DNA of 32,000 bases from Edaphobacter aggregans (GCF_003945235.1 NZ_RSDW01000001.1:420001-452000), one strand, 5' to 3'. Numbered from the stretch's first letter, positions 9,242 through 17,893 are shown. Program-made: numbers and translations. The notes: generated from the letters alone by a model not told the origin.

Positions 9242-9975
9242 CCGAAGCCCCACTCATCGTGGTCGTCGAAGACGAAGAGCACCTCGCCCAGGGCCTCCTC
9301 TTCAATCTGCAAGCCGAAGGCTACCGCACCCACCACGAATCCGACGGCGATTCCGCCCTCACCTATCTCCTCGCCACCAAAGAGCCCATCGCAGCCATCG
9401 TCCTCGACTGCATGCTCCCCGGCCAGGACGGCTTCGCCATCGCCCGCGCACTCCGCGAAGCCCAGCACTACATGCCCATCCTCATGCTCACCGCGCGCTC
9501 CCGCCCCGAAGACGTCCTCGAAGGCCTCGAAGCCGGAGCCGACGACTACCTCCCCAAGCCCTTCGACCTCAACATCCTCCTCGTCCGCATCAAGTCCCTC
9601 CTCCGTCGCACTGCTTGGCAGCGCCCACAAGTCTCTGACACCGCCGAACCCGAGCCCCCTCCGCCCAACGCCGAATACGCCTTCAACCACCGCACCATCC
9701 GCTTCGACACCCTCGAGCTCATCGCCCCCAACCGCATCACCCAGCTCACTCTCATGGAGGCTGACCTACTCCGCTACCTCACTGACCGCGAGGGCCAGAT
9801 CGTCTCCCGCAAAGACATCCTCGAACAGGTCTGGCGCGTCCACGAAGACACCGACACCCGCGCCATCGACAACTTCATCGTCCGCCTCCGCCGCTACATC
9901 GAAGACGACCCCTCCAACCCCCAGCACCTCGTCACCGTCCGAGGCGTAGGCTACCGCTTCCTCGCCAACCCTTAG
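9238..9975 (+). CDS. OmpR/PhoB-family response regulator
   Basis: The ATGA overlap with the kinase stop suggests translational coupling. Receiver motifs: VVVEDEEH, VLDCMLPGQDG, LMLTAR, PKPF. C-terminal winged helix: TRAIDNFIVRLRRYIE, VTVRGVGYRF. Confidence 0.9.
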   Translation: MTEAPLIVVVEDEEHLAQGLLFNLQAEGYRTHHESDGDSALTYLLATKEPIAAIVLDCMLPGQDGFAIARALREAQHYMPILMLTARSRPEDVLEGLEAGADDYLPKPFDLNILLVRIKSLLRRTAWQRPQVSDTAEPEPPPPNAEYAFNHRTIRFDTLELIAPNRITQLTLMEADLLRYLTDREGQIVSRKDILEQVWRVHEDTDTRAIDNFIVRLRRYIEDDPSNPQHLVTVRGVGYRFLANP

Positions 9976-10014
9976 CAGATTCACTCGTCAATACCCTGTT
10001 GATCGAGAACGTCC

Positions 10015-11148
10015 ATGTTCAAAACGACCTTAGCGTTTCTCACACTCCTTCCTTCCATCGCCATCGCGCAGCCAGGCATCCGCGTCCTCAAAATTGCGAT
10101 CGATCAACCCGTCTACACGAACCAGCCGCTATGGATCCGGGCCCAAGCTACGCCCAGCGACAACATCCGGTACCCGTTCCACGCCGCTATGGAAGACATC
10201 GGGTGCAATCGTCTTGAAGTGAAACGAGACGGCGTTCTGCTCAAACCTCATCCGCTGAGTGGCACTACTAGCCTCGACGGCATCTTATGCGGTTCTGCTG
10301 CGCCTTCTGGTTCTCCGGAAGACCGTCTTCCTATACATGTTCTCTATCCGCTGGACAAACCCGGTACCTACTCCATCCGGTGGACCGTGATGATGCCCAA
10401 TTTTAATGGGCACCCGGATGTTCTGGAACCGCAGGCCCAATCGGAATGGCTCACCTTCGAAGTAAAACAATCAACTCCAGAGCAACAGGAAGTCTGGATT
10501 CAGACCATGCTCGCGAATCCACCCACCGGCCGTGGCCAGCTTGCAGGAGACTATCTACCGTCTATCCTCGCCGCCGCTCCCGATCCTCGCGTACTTCAAG
10601 TCTTCTTGAAATACCTCCACTCCCAGGATTCAATGGTCGCTGGCATGGCCGCATCGGGCATCGAACGCCTTCCTCTGTCCGAGGTTCTGCCTGCGGTTAC
10701 GGACTCCATCGAACACGGCGACCCCAGTGACGAGCTCGCCTATTTTGGCAGTTATCACAAAGGCTGGACGCAGGAGCAACAAAGCAGAATTGTCCATGCC
10801 ATGATTCCGTTCCTGCAGCCTTCCACAGCACTCCAGAGCAATCAATCACCGCCCTACGCGTCCACACCAGTTTCAGCAGCGATCAAGATGCTTCACTTCA
10901 TCTTCTACATTCCCAATCATGCATGGCCTGAGAATCCCAATCTCGCTACCTACGCCGACTCGCAGGTCCTTCTGGCCGCGCCAAACATAATGGCCCGCGC
11001 AAATGAAAATGCCGTACAAGAACTGGCCATATACCTCGGTTCGATGCAGTCCTCTGCGCACGCCCATGATCTCCTGCTCGAAATTGCCAAACGTACAGAC
11101 ACCGCCGGTAAGCAAGCACAGATCTGCCTCAACTGGCACCGTCAGTAG
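10015..11148 (+). CDS. Secreted hypothetical protein (no family recognised; C-terminal half looks alpha-helical/HEAT-like)
   Basis: 377-aa ORF with signal peptide MFKTTLAFLTLLPSIAIAQ. It starts 39 nt after the response-regulator stop. Codon usage differs from flanking genes. Confidence 0.6.
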   Translation: MFKTTLAFLTLLPSIAIAQPGIRVLKIAIDQPVYTNQPLWIRAQATPSDNIRYPFHAAMEDIGCNRLEVKRDGVLLKPHPLSGTTSLDGILCGSAAPSGSPEDRLPIHVLYPLDKPGTYSIRWTVMMPNFNGHPDVLEPQAQSEWLTFEVKQSTPEQQEVWIQTMLANPPTGRGQLAGDYLPSILAAAPDPRVLQVFLKYLHSQDSMVAGMAASGIERLPLSEVLPAVTDSIEHGDPSDELAYFGSYHKGWTQEQQSRIVHAMIPFLQPSTALQSNQSPPYASTPVSAAIKMLHFIFYIPNHAWPENPNLATYADSQVLLAAPNIMARANENAVQELAIYLGSMQSSAHAHDLLLEIAKRTDTAGKQAQICLNWHRQ

Positions 11149-11210
11149 TCTCTTCCTTTAGCACCAAGCTCATCCCAAATAACCCGCCATTCGTCACAAA
11201 ACTCCACCCT

Positions 11211-11263
11211 CCTATTGCTATCCAATAGAACCATATGCCATATTCCTATGGCAGACCAATAGG
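11211..11263. promoter_or_regulatory. Putative PadR operator / promoter region with nested inverted repeats
   Basis: CTATTG-N5-CAATAG at 11212-11228. CCATA-N11-TATGG at 11231-11251. The outer pair CCTATTG (11211-11217) / CAATAGG (11257-11263) abuts the AGGAG ribosome-binding site of the PadR gene. Confidence 0.4.
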
Positions 11264-11270
11264 AGACCGC

Positions 11271-11615
11271 ATGGGCGACAAAACCGACGTCTGGCAAGGC
11301 ACTCTCGCACTGATGGTTCTCAAGACTATCGAAACCATGGGCCCGCTCCACGGCTACGGCATAGCCCGCCGCATCGAGCAGACAAGCGGCGACATCCTCT
11401 CCCTCAACTACGGAACCCTCTACCCCGCCCTCCTCAAACTCGAGCAGGAAGGCGCCATCGCCTCCGAATGGGGGCTATCCGAGAACAACCGTAAAGCCAA
11501 GTTTTACAAGCTCACCCGAGCAGGCCGCCGCCAACTTCATAACGAAACCCGCAACTGGGAGCAGACCACCGCCATCCTCGCCCGCTTTCTCGCCGTCACG
11601 GAGGACCCATCATGA
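11271..11615 (+). CDS. PadR-family transcriptional regulator (acidobacterial PadR subfamily)
   Basis: I prefer the ATG at 11271 (AGGAG at 11261-11265) over 11235. Winged-helix PadR pattern: [57 protein letters not shown]...[10 protein letters not shown]. The stop overlaps the next gene (ATGA). Confidence 0.85.
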   Translation: MGDKTDVWQGTLALMVLKTIETMGPLHGYGIARRIEQTSGDILSLNYGTLYPALLKLEQEGAIASEWGLSENNRKAKFYKLTRAGRRQLHNETRNWEQTTAILARFLAVTEDPS

Positions 11616-14260
11616 ACCGACTACGTGCATGGCTACTCAAACTCGCAGGTGTCGTCCCAAGCCAGCAAAAAGAACAGGAGTTCGCCGACGAGATCGACAG
11701 CCACCTCCAGATGCACATCGACGACAACCTCCGCGCCGGGATGACCCCGAAGCAAGCCCGCCGCGAAGCGATCCTCAAGCTCGGCGGCACCGAACCAACA
11801 AAGCAGGCCCACCGCGAAGGACGCACCATCCCCTTCCTCCAAACCATGCTTCAGGACATCCGTTACGCCCTTCGCCAGCTACGTCACAGCCCCGGCTTCA
11901 CCGCCACCGCCATTCTCATGCTCGCCCTCGGCATCGGAGCCAGCATCGCCATCTTCGCCTTCGTCGATGCCGCCCTCCTCAAGCCCCTCCCCTACGCCGA
12001 CCCCAACCGCCTCGCCGACGTCTCCGAGCGCAGCGTTGCCTTTCCTCGCTCAAACCTCTCCTATCAGGACTATCTCGACTGGAAGCGGCTCAACAAAGTC
12101 TTCTCCTCGCTCGACGCCTACACCGGCAGCGGCTACCTCCTCAGTACTCCTTCTGGCGTCGAGCCAGTCCCGGCGATCCGTGTCAGCGACGGCTTCTTCC
12201 GCACCCTCGGCGTCCGGCCGATACTCGGACGCGACTTCTACTCCGGCGAAGACCAACCCAACGCCGCAGCCACCGTCATCCTCGCCTATAGCACCTGGCA
12301 GCAGCGATTCGGCGGACGCAAAGACATCATCGGCCAGACCATTAGCCTCGACTCCACACCCACCACCATCATCGGTGTGCTTCCCCAGGACTTCCAGTTC
12401 GCCCCGCGCGGCAACGCCGAACTCTGGGCAACCCTTCACCAGCTCAACAGCTGTGAGAAACGCCGCAGTTGCCACAACCTCTATGGAGTCGGTCGTCTCA
12501 AGGACGGTGTCTCGGTCGAAACGGCCCTCGCCGATATGACTTCCATCGCCAAACAGCTCGAGATACAGTATCCCGGCCCGAACCGTGGCCAGAGCGCCCA
12601 AGTAGGCCCGCTCTCCGAACTCATCGTCAAAGACGTCCGTCCCATTCTGCTTGTGCTCTTGGCAGGAGCCGGCCTTCTGCTCCTCATCGCCTGCGTCAAC
12701 GTAGCAAGCCTGTTGCTCGTTCGCTCTGAAGGCCGCCGTCGCGAGTTCGCCGTGCGTGGCGCTCTCGGAGCTTCACCCTCTCGCCTCGTCCGACAATTCA
12801 TTACCGAAGGCCTCGTGCTGGTCACCGCAGGTTTGATCTCCGGCCTCGCCGCCGGCTACGGAGCGATGCAGCTCCTGCTACACCTCGCCTCCAAAGACGT
12901 GCTCACCTACGCGCCATACCTGCGCAACATCAGTCTCAACTCGCACGTATTGGCCTTCGCCGCCGCTGTTGCTCTGCTGGCAGCTGCAATCTTCTCCCTC
13001 ACGCCCGTCCTTCGCCTGCCGCGAGCAGCCCTGCGCGAAGCCCTCAACGACGGCGACCGTGGATCCGCCGGAACTCTCTGGCGCCGCTTTGGCTCAAACC
13101 TCGTTGTACTCGAACTCACCATCGCCGTCGTCCTCCTCGTAGCCGCGGGCCTGCTAGGCAAGAGCTTCTATCGCCTCCTCCACGTCGATCTCTCCTTCGA
13201 CCCCGACCACCTTGCTACACTGCAGCTTGCCTTGCCCACCACCACCTACGACAAAGACGAAAAGCTCGTCACCGTATCGCAAAAGATCATCGACCGCGCC
13301 AGTCATCTTCCCGGCGTCACCGCCATAGCCACGTCCACTCTGCTTCCGGTCAGCGGCAACGGCAACACAAACTGGATTCGTGTCGTGGGCCATCCTTTCC
13401 ACGGCGAGCACAATGAAGTCAACGAGCGTCAGGTCAGCTCCGATTACTTCAAAACCATCAAAGCAGGGCTCGTGCGCGGTCGTTTCTTCACCGAACAGGA
13501 CGATGCGACGAAGCCACACGTCGTCGTCATCAATAAAGTCTTCGCGCAAAAATACTTCCCCGGCGAAGATCCCATCGGCAAGCAATTCGGCGACGGCGAC
13601 CTGACTCCAAAGTCGCTCGTTCAAATCATCGGCATCGTCGACAACATCCGCGAGAGCGCCCTCGACAACGAGATCTGGCCCGCCGAGTACACTCCCCAAA
13701 ACCAGGATGCCGATTCCTACTACTCCCTCATCGTCCGCACCTCACAGGACGAAAAGACCATCCTGCCCAGTCTGGCCGCAGCCGTCCATCAGGTCGATCC
13801 CGGCATCGGCACCACCAATCCATCCTCCATGACGCAGCTCATCGCCGACTCCCAGACCGCCTATCTCCACCGCTCCGCCGCCTGGCTCGTAGGAGGCTTC
13901 GCCGCCCTTGCCCTGCTGCTCGGCGTAGTCGGCCTCTACGGAGTCATCGCCTACTCCGTCAGCCAGCGAACCCGCGAGATCGGCGTCCGCATGGCCCTCG
14001 GAGCGGCCCGCAGTTCCGTCTACCAACTCATCCTCAAAGAAGCCGGCTGGCTCACCGCCATAGGTATCGTCTCTGGCATCGTCTGCGCGATAGCCGCCGC
14101 TACCCTGATCCGCAAGCTCCTCTTCGGCATCCACACCTGGGACTTCCAAACCCTCGCCGCAGTCGCCACACTCCTCGGCATCTCCGCACTCCTCGCCAGC
14201 TTCATCCCGGCCCGACGAGCAGCCTCCATCAACCCGGTAGAAGCCCTGCGAGCGGAATAG
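11612..14260 (+). CDS. ADOP-type duplicated FtsX/MacB-like permease (acidobacterial duplicated orphan permease)
   Basis: 882 aa. The N-terminal tag [14 protein letters not shown]...[33 protein letters not shown] is typical of this family. There are two MacB-like periplasmic domains and two FtsX 4-TM modules (second ends ...[16 protein letters not shown]). No ABC ATPase gene is adjacent. Confidence 0.9.
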   Translation: MNRLRAWLLKLAGVVPSQQKEQEFADEIDSHLQMHIDDNLRAGMTPKQARREAILKLGGTEPTKQAHREGRTIPFLQTMLQDIRYALRQLRHSPGFTATAILMLALGIGASIAIFAFVDAALLKPLPYADPNRLADVSERSVAFPRSNLSYQDYLDWKRLNKVFSSLDAYTGSGYLLSTPSGVEPVPAIRVSDGFFRTLGVRPILGRDFYSGEDQPNAAATVILAYSTWQQRFGGRKDIIGQTISLDSTPTTIIGVLPQDFQFAPRGNAELWATLHQLNSCEKRRSCHNLYGVGRLKDGVSVETALADMTSIAKQLEIQYPGPNRGQSAQVGPLSELIVKDVRPILLVLLAGAGLLLLIACVNVASLLLVRSEGRRREFAVRGALGASPSRLVRQFITEGLVLVTAGLISGLAAGYGAMQLLLHLASKDVLTYAPYLRNISLNSHVLAFAAAVALLAAAIFSLTPVLRLPRAALREALNDGDRGSAGTLWRRFGSNLVVLELTIAVVLLVAAGLLGKSFYRLLHVDLSFDPDHLATLQLALPTTTYDKDEKLVTVSQKIIDRASHLPGVTAIATSTLLPVSGNGNTNWIRVVGHPFHGEHNEVNERQVSSDYFKTIKAGLVRGRFFTEQDDATKPHVVVINKVFAQKYFPGEDPIGKQFGDGDLTPKSLVQIIGIVDNIRESALDNEIWPAEYTPQNQDADSYYSLIVRTSQDEKTILPSLAAAVHQVDPGIGTTNPSSMTQLIADSQTAYLHRSAAWLVGGFAALALLLGVVGLYGVIAYSVSQRTREIGVRMALGAARSSVYQLILKEAGWLTAIGIVSGIVCAIAAATLIRKLLFGIHTWDFQTLAAVATLLGISALLASFIPARRAASINPVEALRAE

Positions 14261-14294
14261 CCTTCGTCAAATCAACGTCCAAGCCATGCTCCGA

Positions 14295-14326
14295 GTGCCC
14301 TCACGCGGTAAACTAAGTGAGGGCAC
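14295..14326 (+). other. Perfect 10-bp inverted repeat between the ADOP permease and lptFG
   Basis: GTGCCCTCAC (14295-14304), a 12-nt loop, then GTGAGGGCAC (14317-14326). No U-tract follows. It ends 13 nt before the lptFG ATG. Confidence 0.5.
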
Positions 14327-14338
14327 GAATCACCCAGC

Positions 14339-16726
14339 ATGCGCATCTTCACCCGTTACATCCTTCGCGAAGTCATCTCCCACGGCCTCCTTGGCGGGGT
14401 GATCTTCACCTTTGTCCTCTTCACGCGCGACCTCGGCAAGATCCTCGAGCTCATCGTGCGCGACTCCGCATCTGCCGCCGACGTAGCCCGCATCCTCGCC
14501 TACACTCTCCCCAACGTCCTCATCGTGACCATACCGATGGCCGTGCTGGTCGGCATTCTCCTCGGCCTCTCCCGCCTCGCCTCCGACAGCGAAATCACCG
14601 CCATGCGTGCCTCCGGCATGGGAGCCCTCGACTTCGTCGGCATCGTCGCCATCGTCTCCGCCATAGCGCTGGCCCTCGGCCTCTTCAACTCCCTTTACCT
14701 CGCACCCCGCTCAGCTGCCGCGCTCCTCTCCCTCGAAGACTCCCTCAAATCCTCGCAAGCTTCCTTCGAAGTCGAACCCCGCGTCTTCTACGAGGACTTC
14801 AAAAACTACGTCCTCTACATTCAGGACGTCCGCCCCGCCGCCGGAGCCTCTCTCTGGCACCACGTCTTCCTCGCCGACCTCACCCAACCCGCCACCCCTC
14901 ACATCACCACCGCCGACGAGGCAGTAGTTGTCGCCGGCTCCGACGCCACCGGCGACGCCCAGACCATCCGCCTCCACCTGATGCACGGCGGCCAGCACCA
15001 GACCTCATCCTCCGACCCCAACCAATACAACATCTCCACCTTCAACACCACCGACCTCCCCATCGAGACAGGCGCCCAGGAAGACGCCCACCTCGGCCAC
15101 GCCGACACCCCCATCCTCGCCCTTCCCCTCTCCGAGCTCTGGCGTCTCGGCAACGCCCCCGGCAACGACGTCCCCGGCCATCCCAACCGCAGCTACCGCA
15201 TCGAGTTCAACAAGCGCTTCTCCTATCCCTTCGCCTGCCTCGTCCTCATGCTCGTCGGCGTGCCCTTAGGACTCTCCTCCAAGCGCGGCGGAAAATCCAC
15301 CGGCTTCGTCCTCACCATCCTGCTCGTCTTCGTCTACTACTTCCTCTCGTCCGTCGGCGTCGCTCTCGCCCGCAACGGCAAGCTCTCGCCCTTCACCGGA
15401 GTCTGGGGAGCGAACCTCATCTTCGCCGCCGCCGGCGCCCTGCTCCTCTATCAAATGTCCCGCGGAGGCATCGCCCTCTCACTCGTCTCCTCCATCGGCG
15501 TCTGGATCAACAAGCTCATCGCCCGCTTCTCCCGCAAAAATAACAATCATTCCCCCCAAACCAAGTTCGACATCGCAACCATCCTCCGCCGTTTCCGCAG
15601 CACCACACGCATGCAGTTCCCTCTCCTGCTCGACGACTACGTCATGCGTGAATACGCCACCAACTTCGGCCTCGTCCTCTTCTCCTTCTCCATCCTCTTC
15701 ATCATCTTCACCTTCTTCGAGCTCATCGGCGACATCATCCGCAACCGCACTCCCCTCGTCACCGTAGGCGACTACCTCATCAACCTCATCCCCTTCATCG
15801 TCTACCAGGTCACGCCCCTCTGCGCCCTCGTCGCCGTTCTCATCACCTTCGGCTCTCTCAGCAAAACCTCCGAGATCACCGCCATGAAGGCCACCGGCAC
15901 CAGCCTCTACCGCATCATCACGCCAGTCCTCGTCACCACCCTGCTCATCTCCATCGGCCTCTTCGCCTTCGACGAGTTCTATCTCCCCGCCGCCAACCGC
16001 CGCCAGGAAGCCTTGCGCTCTGTCATCAAGGACAAGCCCGCCCGTACCTTCCTCCGTCCCGACCGCAACTGGATCTCCGGCCAGACCAACAACGCCGGCG
16101 ATCCCGCCCGTATCTTTTACTACCAGTACTTCGACGCCAGCAGAGACGCCTTCGCCAACCTCACCGTCTTCGAGTTCGAGCCCAACACCTTCATCCTGCG
16201 CCGCCGCATCTTCGCCGCCTCCACCCACTGGGACGACCAAACCAATCGCTGGATCTTCGAAAACGGCTGGGAGCGCACCTTCTCCGGCGACACTATCGCT
16301 TCCTACAAGCCCTTCACCCTCGCCACCTTCCCCGAGATCCACGAGCAGCCCGCCTACTTCAAAAAAGAAGACCGCCCCTCCCAGGAGATGTCCTACAACG
16401 AGCTCTCCACCTACATCGCCGACCTCAAGCAATCCGGCTTCGACACCAAACGCCTCTCCGTCCAGCTCAACAAGAAGCTGGCCTACCCACTCATCACCCT
16501 AGTCATGGCCATCCTGGCCATCCCTTTCTCTCTCTCGATGGGCAAACGAGGTTCGCTAGCCGGAATAGCCATCGCCATAGGCCTCGCCATCGCCTACCAG
16601 GTCGTCGCAGGCCTCTTCGAAGCCATGGGCAACGTCAACACCCTACCCGCCATGCTAGCCGCCTGGACTCCAGACCTCCTCTTCGGCCTAGCCGGCACCT
16701 ACCTCCTACTCCGCTCCCCCAGCTAG
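14339..16726 (+). CDS. Fused LptF-LptG (YjgP/YjgQ family) lipopolysaccharide export permease
   Basis: 795 aa containing two complete YjgP/YjgQ modules. Module 1 starts MRIFTRYILREV, with SEITAMRASG. Module 2 starts at the in-frame ATG 15611 (MQFPLLLDDYVMREY), with SEITAMKATG. There is no stop between them. Confidence 0.85.
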   Translation: MRIFTRYILREVISHGLLGGVIFTFVLFTRDLGKILELIVRDSASAADVARILAYTLPNVLIVTIPMAVLVGILLGLSRLASDSEITAMRASGMGALDFVGIVAIVSAIALALGLFNSLYLAPRSAAALLSLEDSLKSSQASFEVEPRVFYEDFKNYVLYIQDVRPAAGASLWHHVFLADLTQPATPHITTADEAVVVAGSDATGDAQTIRLHLMHGGQHQTSSSDPNQYNISTFNTTDLPIETGAQEDAHLGHADTPILALPLSELWRLGNAPGNDVPGHPNRSYRIEFNKRFSYPFACLVLMLVGVPLGLSSKRGGKSTGFVLTILLVFVYYFLSSVGVALARNGKLSPFTGVWGANLIFAAAGALLLYQMSRGGIALSLVSSIGVWINKLIARFSRKNNNHSPQTKFDIATILRRFRSTTRMQFPLLLDDYVMREYATNFGLVLFSFSILFIIFTFFELIGDIIRNRTPLVTVGDYLINLIPFIVYQVTPLCALVAVLITFGSLSKTSEITAMKATGTSLYRIITPVLVTTLLISIGLFAFDEFYLPAANRRQEALRSVIKDKPARTFLRPDRNWISGQTNNAGDPARIFYYQYFDASRDAFANLTVFEFEPNTFILRRRIFAASTHWDDQTNRWIFENGWERTFSGDTIASYKPFTLATFPEIHEQPAYFKKEDRPSQEMSYNELSTYIADLKQSGFDTKRLSVQLNKKLAYPLITLVMAILAIPFSLSMGKRGSLAGIAIAIGLAIAYQVVAGLFEAMGNVNTLPAMLAAWTPDLLFGLAGTYLLLRSPS

Positions 16727-16779
16727 CCGCTGTTAGTCGCAGCCGCTCACTGCCTCAGAGTGTCGTTGCTAAGTCGTTG

Positions 16780-16990
16780 TTCTTGCTGCTGCCTTTTTGT
16801 CGTCCCGCAGAGATCGTCTGCCTTTCTGGTTGTCATCCCGCAGGGATCTGCTGTTGCCCTTGCTGTTGCTCTTCCTTTTCAACCACCCCAACCGCAAAGG
16901 GTGCCCCATCTTCGGCGCAGCTTTATCGCGCCGAAGGTGGGAATGTATACCGTCGCCCAGCCAGCTCTTGCTTTTGCTGTTGTCTTTCCT
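16780..16990. repeat. Acidobacterial intergenic hairpin-repeat cluster (GTCATCC...GGATCTGC units plus a 14-bp stem hairpin)
   Basis: Units lie at 16799-16822 and 16832-16857. The latter matches 31456-31481 at 25 of 26 nt. A hairpin CCCATCTTCGGCGC / GCGCCGAAGGTGGG lies at 16905-16941. The cluster sits between convergent genes. Confidence 0.75.
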
Positions 16991-17055
16991 AACCGCAATT
17001 GCCAATCGTTTCCCCATCTAATAACCACCAACCACCACAACCCACCCACCGAAAC

Positions 17056-17463
17056 TTACAAAATCTGCCGGTCGTCCTTCTCGATCTCCAGATCATTAAT
17101 CCCGGCAATCCGCCGCTTCATCAGCCCATTCGCCGCAAACTCCCAAAGCTCATTCCCATACGAGCGGAACCACTGCCCCCCAACCGACCTCCACTCATAC
17201 CGGAAGTTCACCGCAATCCGATCCACCCCCCAACACCACAGATCCATCCTGATCCGGTAATCCAGCTCTTTCAACCACTTACGCCGCAAAAAAGCCAGAA
17301 CCTGCTCATGCCCCTCAATCAACTCCACCCGGTTGCGCCACTTCGCATCCTCCGTACACATCGCAGCTACGCGTTCCGGATCCCGCGAATTCCACGCGTC
17401 CTCGACCTCTTTGATCGTCGCCCTCACCATATCCGCCGTAAAAGGCGGTATCACCAACGCCAT
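17056..17463 (-). CDS. DUF1348 / NTF2-like (SnoaL-fold) protein
   Basis: Pattern PPFTADMVRATIKEVEDAWNSRDPERVAAMCTEDAKWRNR...FLRRKW..ELDYRI. I prefer the ATG at 17463 (GGAGG 5 nt upstream) over 17496, which has no ribosome-binding site. Confidence 0.8.
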   Translation of the reverse strand: MALVIPPFTADMVRATIKEVEDAWNSRDPERVAAMCTEDAKWRNRVELIEGHEQVLAFLRRKWLKELDYRIRMDLWCWGVDRIAVNFRYEWRSVGGQWFRSYGNELWEFAANGLMKRRIAGINDLEIEKDDRQIL

Positions 17464-17531
17464 CCCAACCTCCGACTTCAGCGTGAATATTTTCATTAGA
17501 TGGCATCAACACAAACCCAGCCGCCCACAGC

Positions 17532-17560
17532 AAAAAAAAGCCGGAGCGAACGCCCCGGCT
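17532..17560 (-). terminator. Strong Rho-independent terminator on the minus strand with no upstream minus-strand gene
   Basis: The minus strand reads AGCCGGGGCGTTCGCTCCGGCT followed by a T run (8 T in total). This gives a 9-bp stem (one G-U pair) with loop GTTC. Confidence 0.75.
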
Positions 17561-17893
17561 AAGTCTCTGCCTTACAAAACTTTGAGGGAAATCACGCCTC
17601 AATCTGTGCCGCGAAATCTCCAGCACATCACCATCTCGTATCGCATCAAAACCCACGCCGATCGCGCGGAGAATCGATACCTCCTCAAGCAAGTCCCTGG
17701 CCAAACCGCCCAGCCAATCCCGCAAAACGCCAACCTGAGCCCGACAGCCCCTTAGCGATACATCTTCTGGACCGAAACAGCACCAAAAAAAATCACAACC
17801 TGCAATCACCTGCGCACCTAGTAGAAAACCTTCTCCTGTTGCCTCCGATACGTTCACCCAAAATGCTCTAAAACGTCCTAAACTGAAACCACG

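Noticed and set aside
9084-9690. 184-aa and 191-aa ORFs overlapping the kinase/response-regulator junction
   Set aside because: The off-frame Arg/Pro-rich and Gly/Val-rich translations lie inside two genes with clear two-component motifs.
14317-16432. Long alternative-frame ORFs over lptFG (14317-15543 plus strand, 408 aa; 15479-16432 minus strand, 317 aa)
   Set aside because: The Arg/Pro-rich and Gly/Asp/Glu-rich translations are typical of off-frame reading in C3-biased DNA. The lptFG frame has clear family motifs.
16780-16990. Possible CRISPR array, suggested by the repeated GTCATCC...GATCTGC units
   Set aside because: The units are degenerate, of unequal length and irregularly spaced. 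There are only two or three per locus, and no cas genes or leader are present. REP/MITE-like repeats explain them better.
16760-17260. Overlapping ORFs of 71-166 aa in the lptFG-DUF1348 intergenic region, and similar ones at 31160-31753
   Set aside because: They are translations of the hairpin-repeat clusters (for example ...VVIPQGSAVALA..., ...PHLRRSFIAPKVG...). They have no start context, and the same repeat is read in different frames at the two loci.
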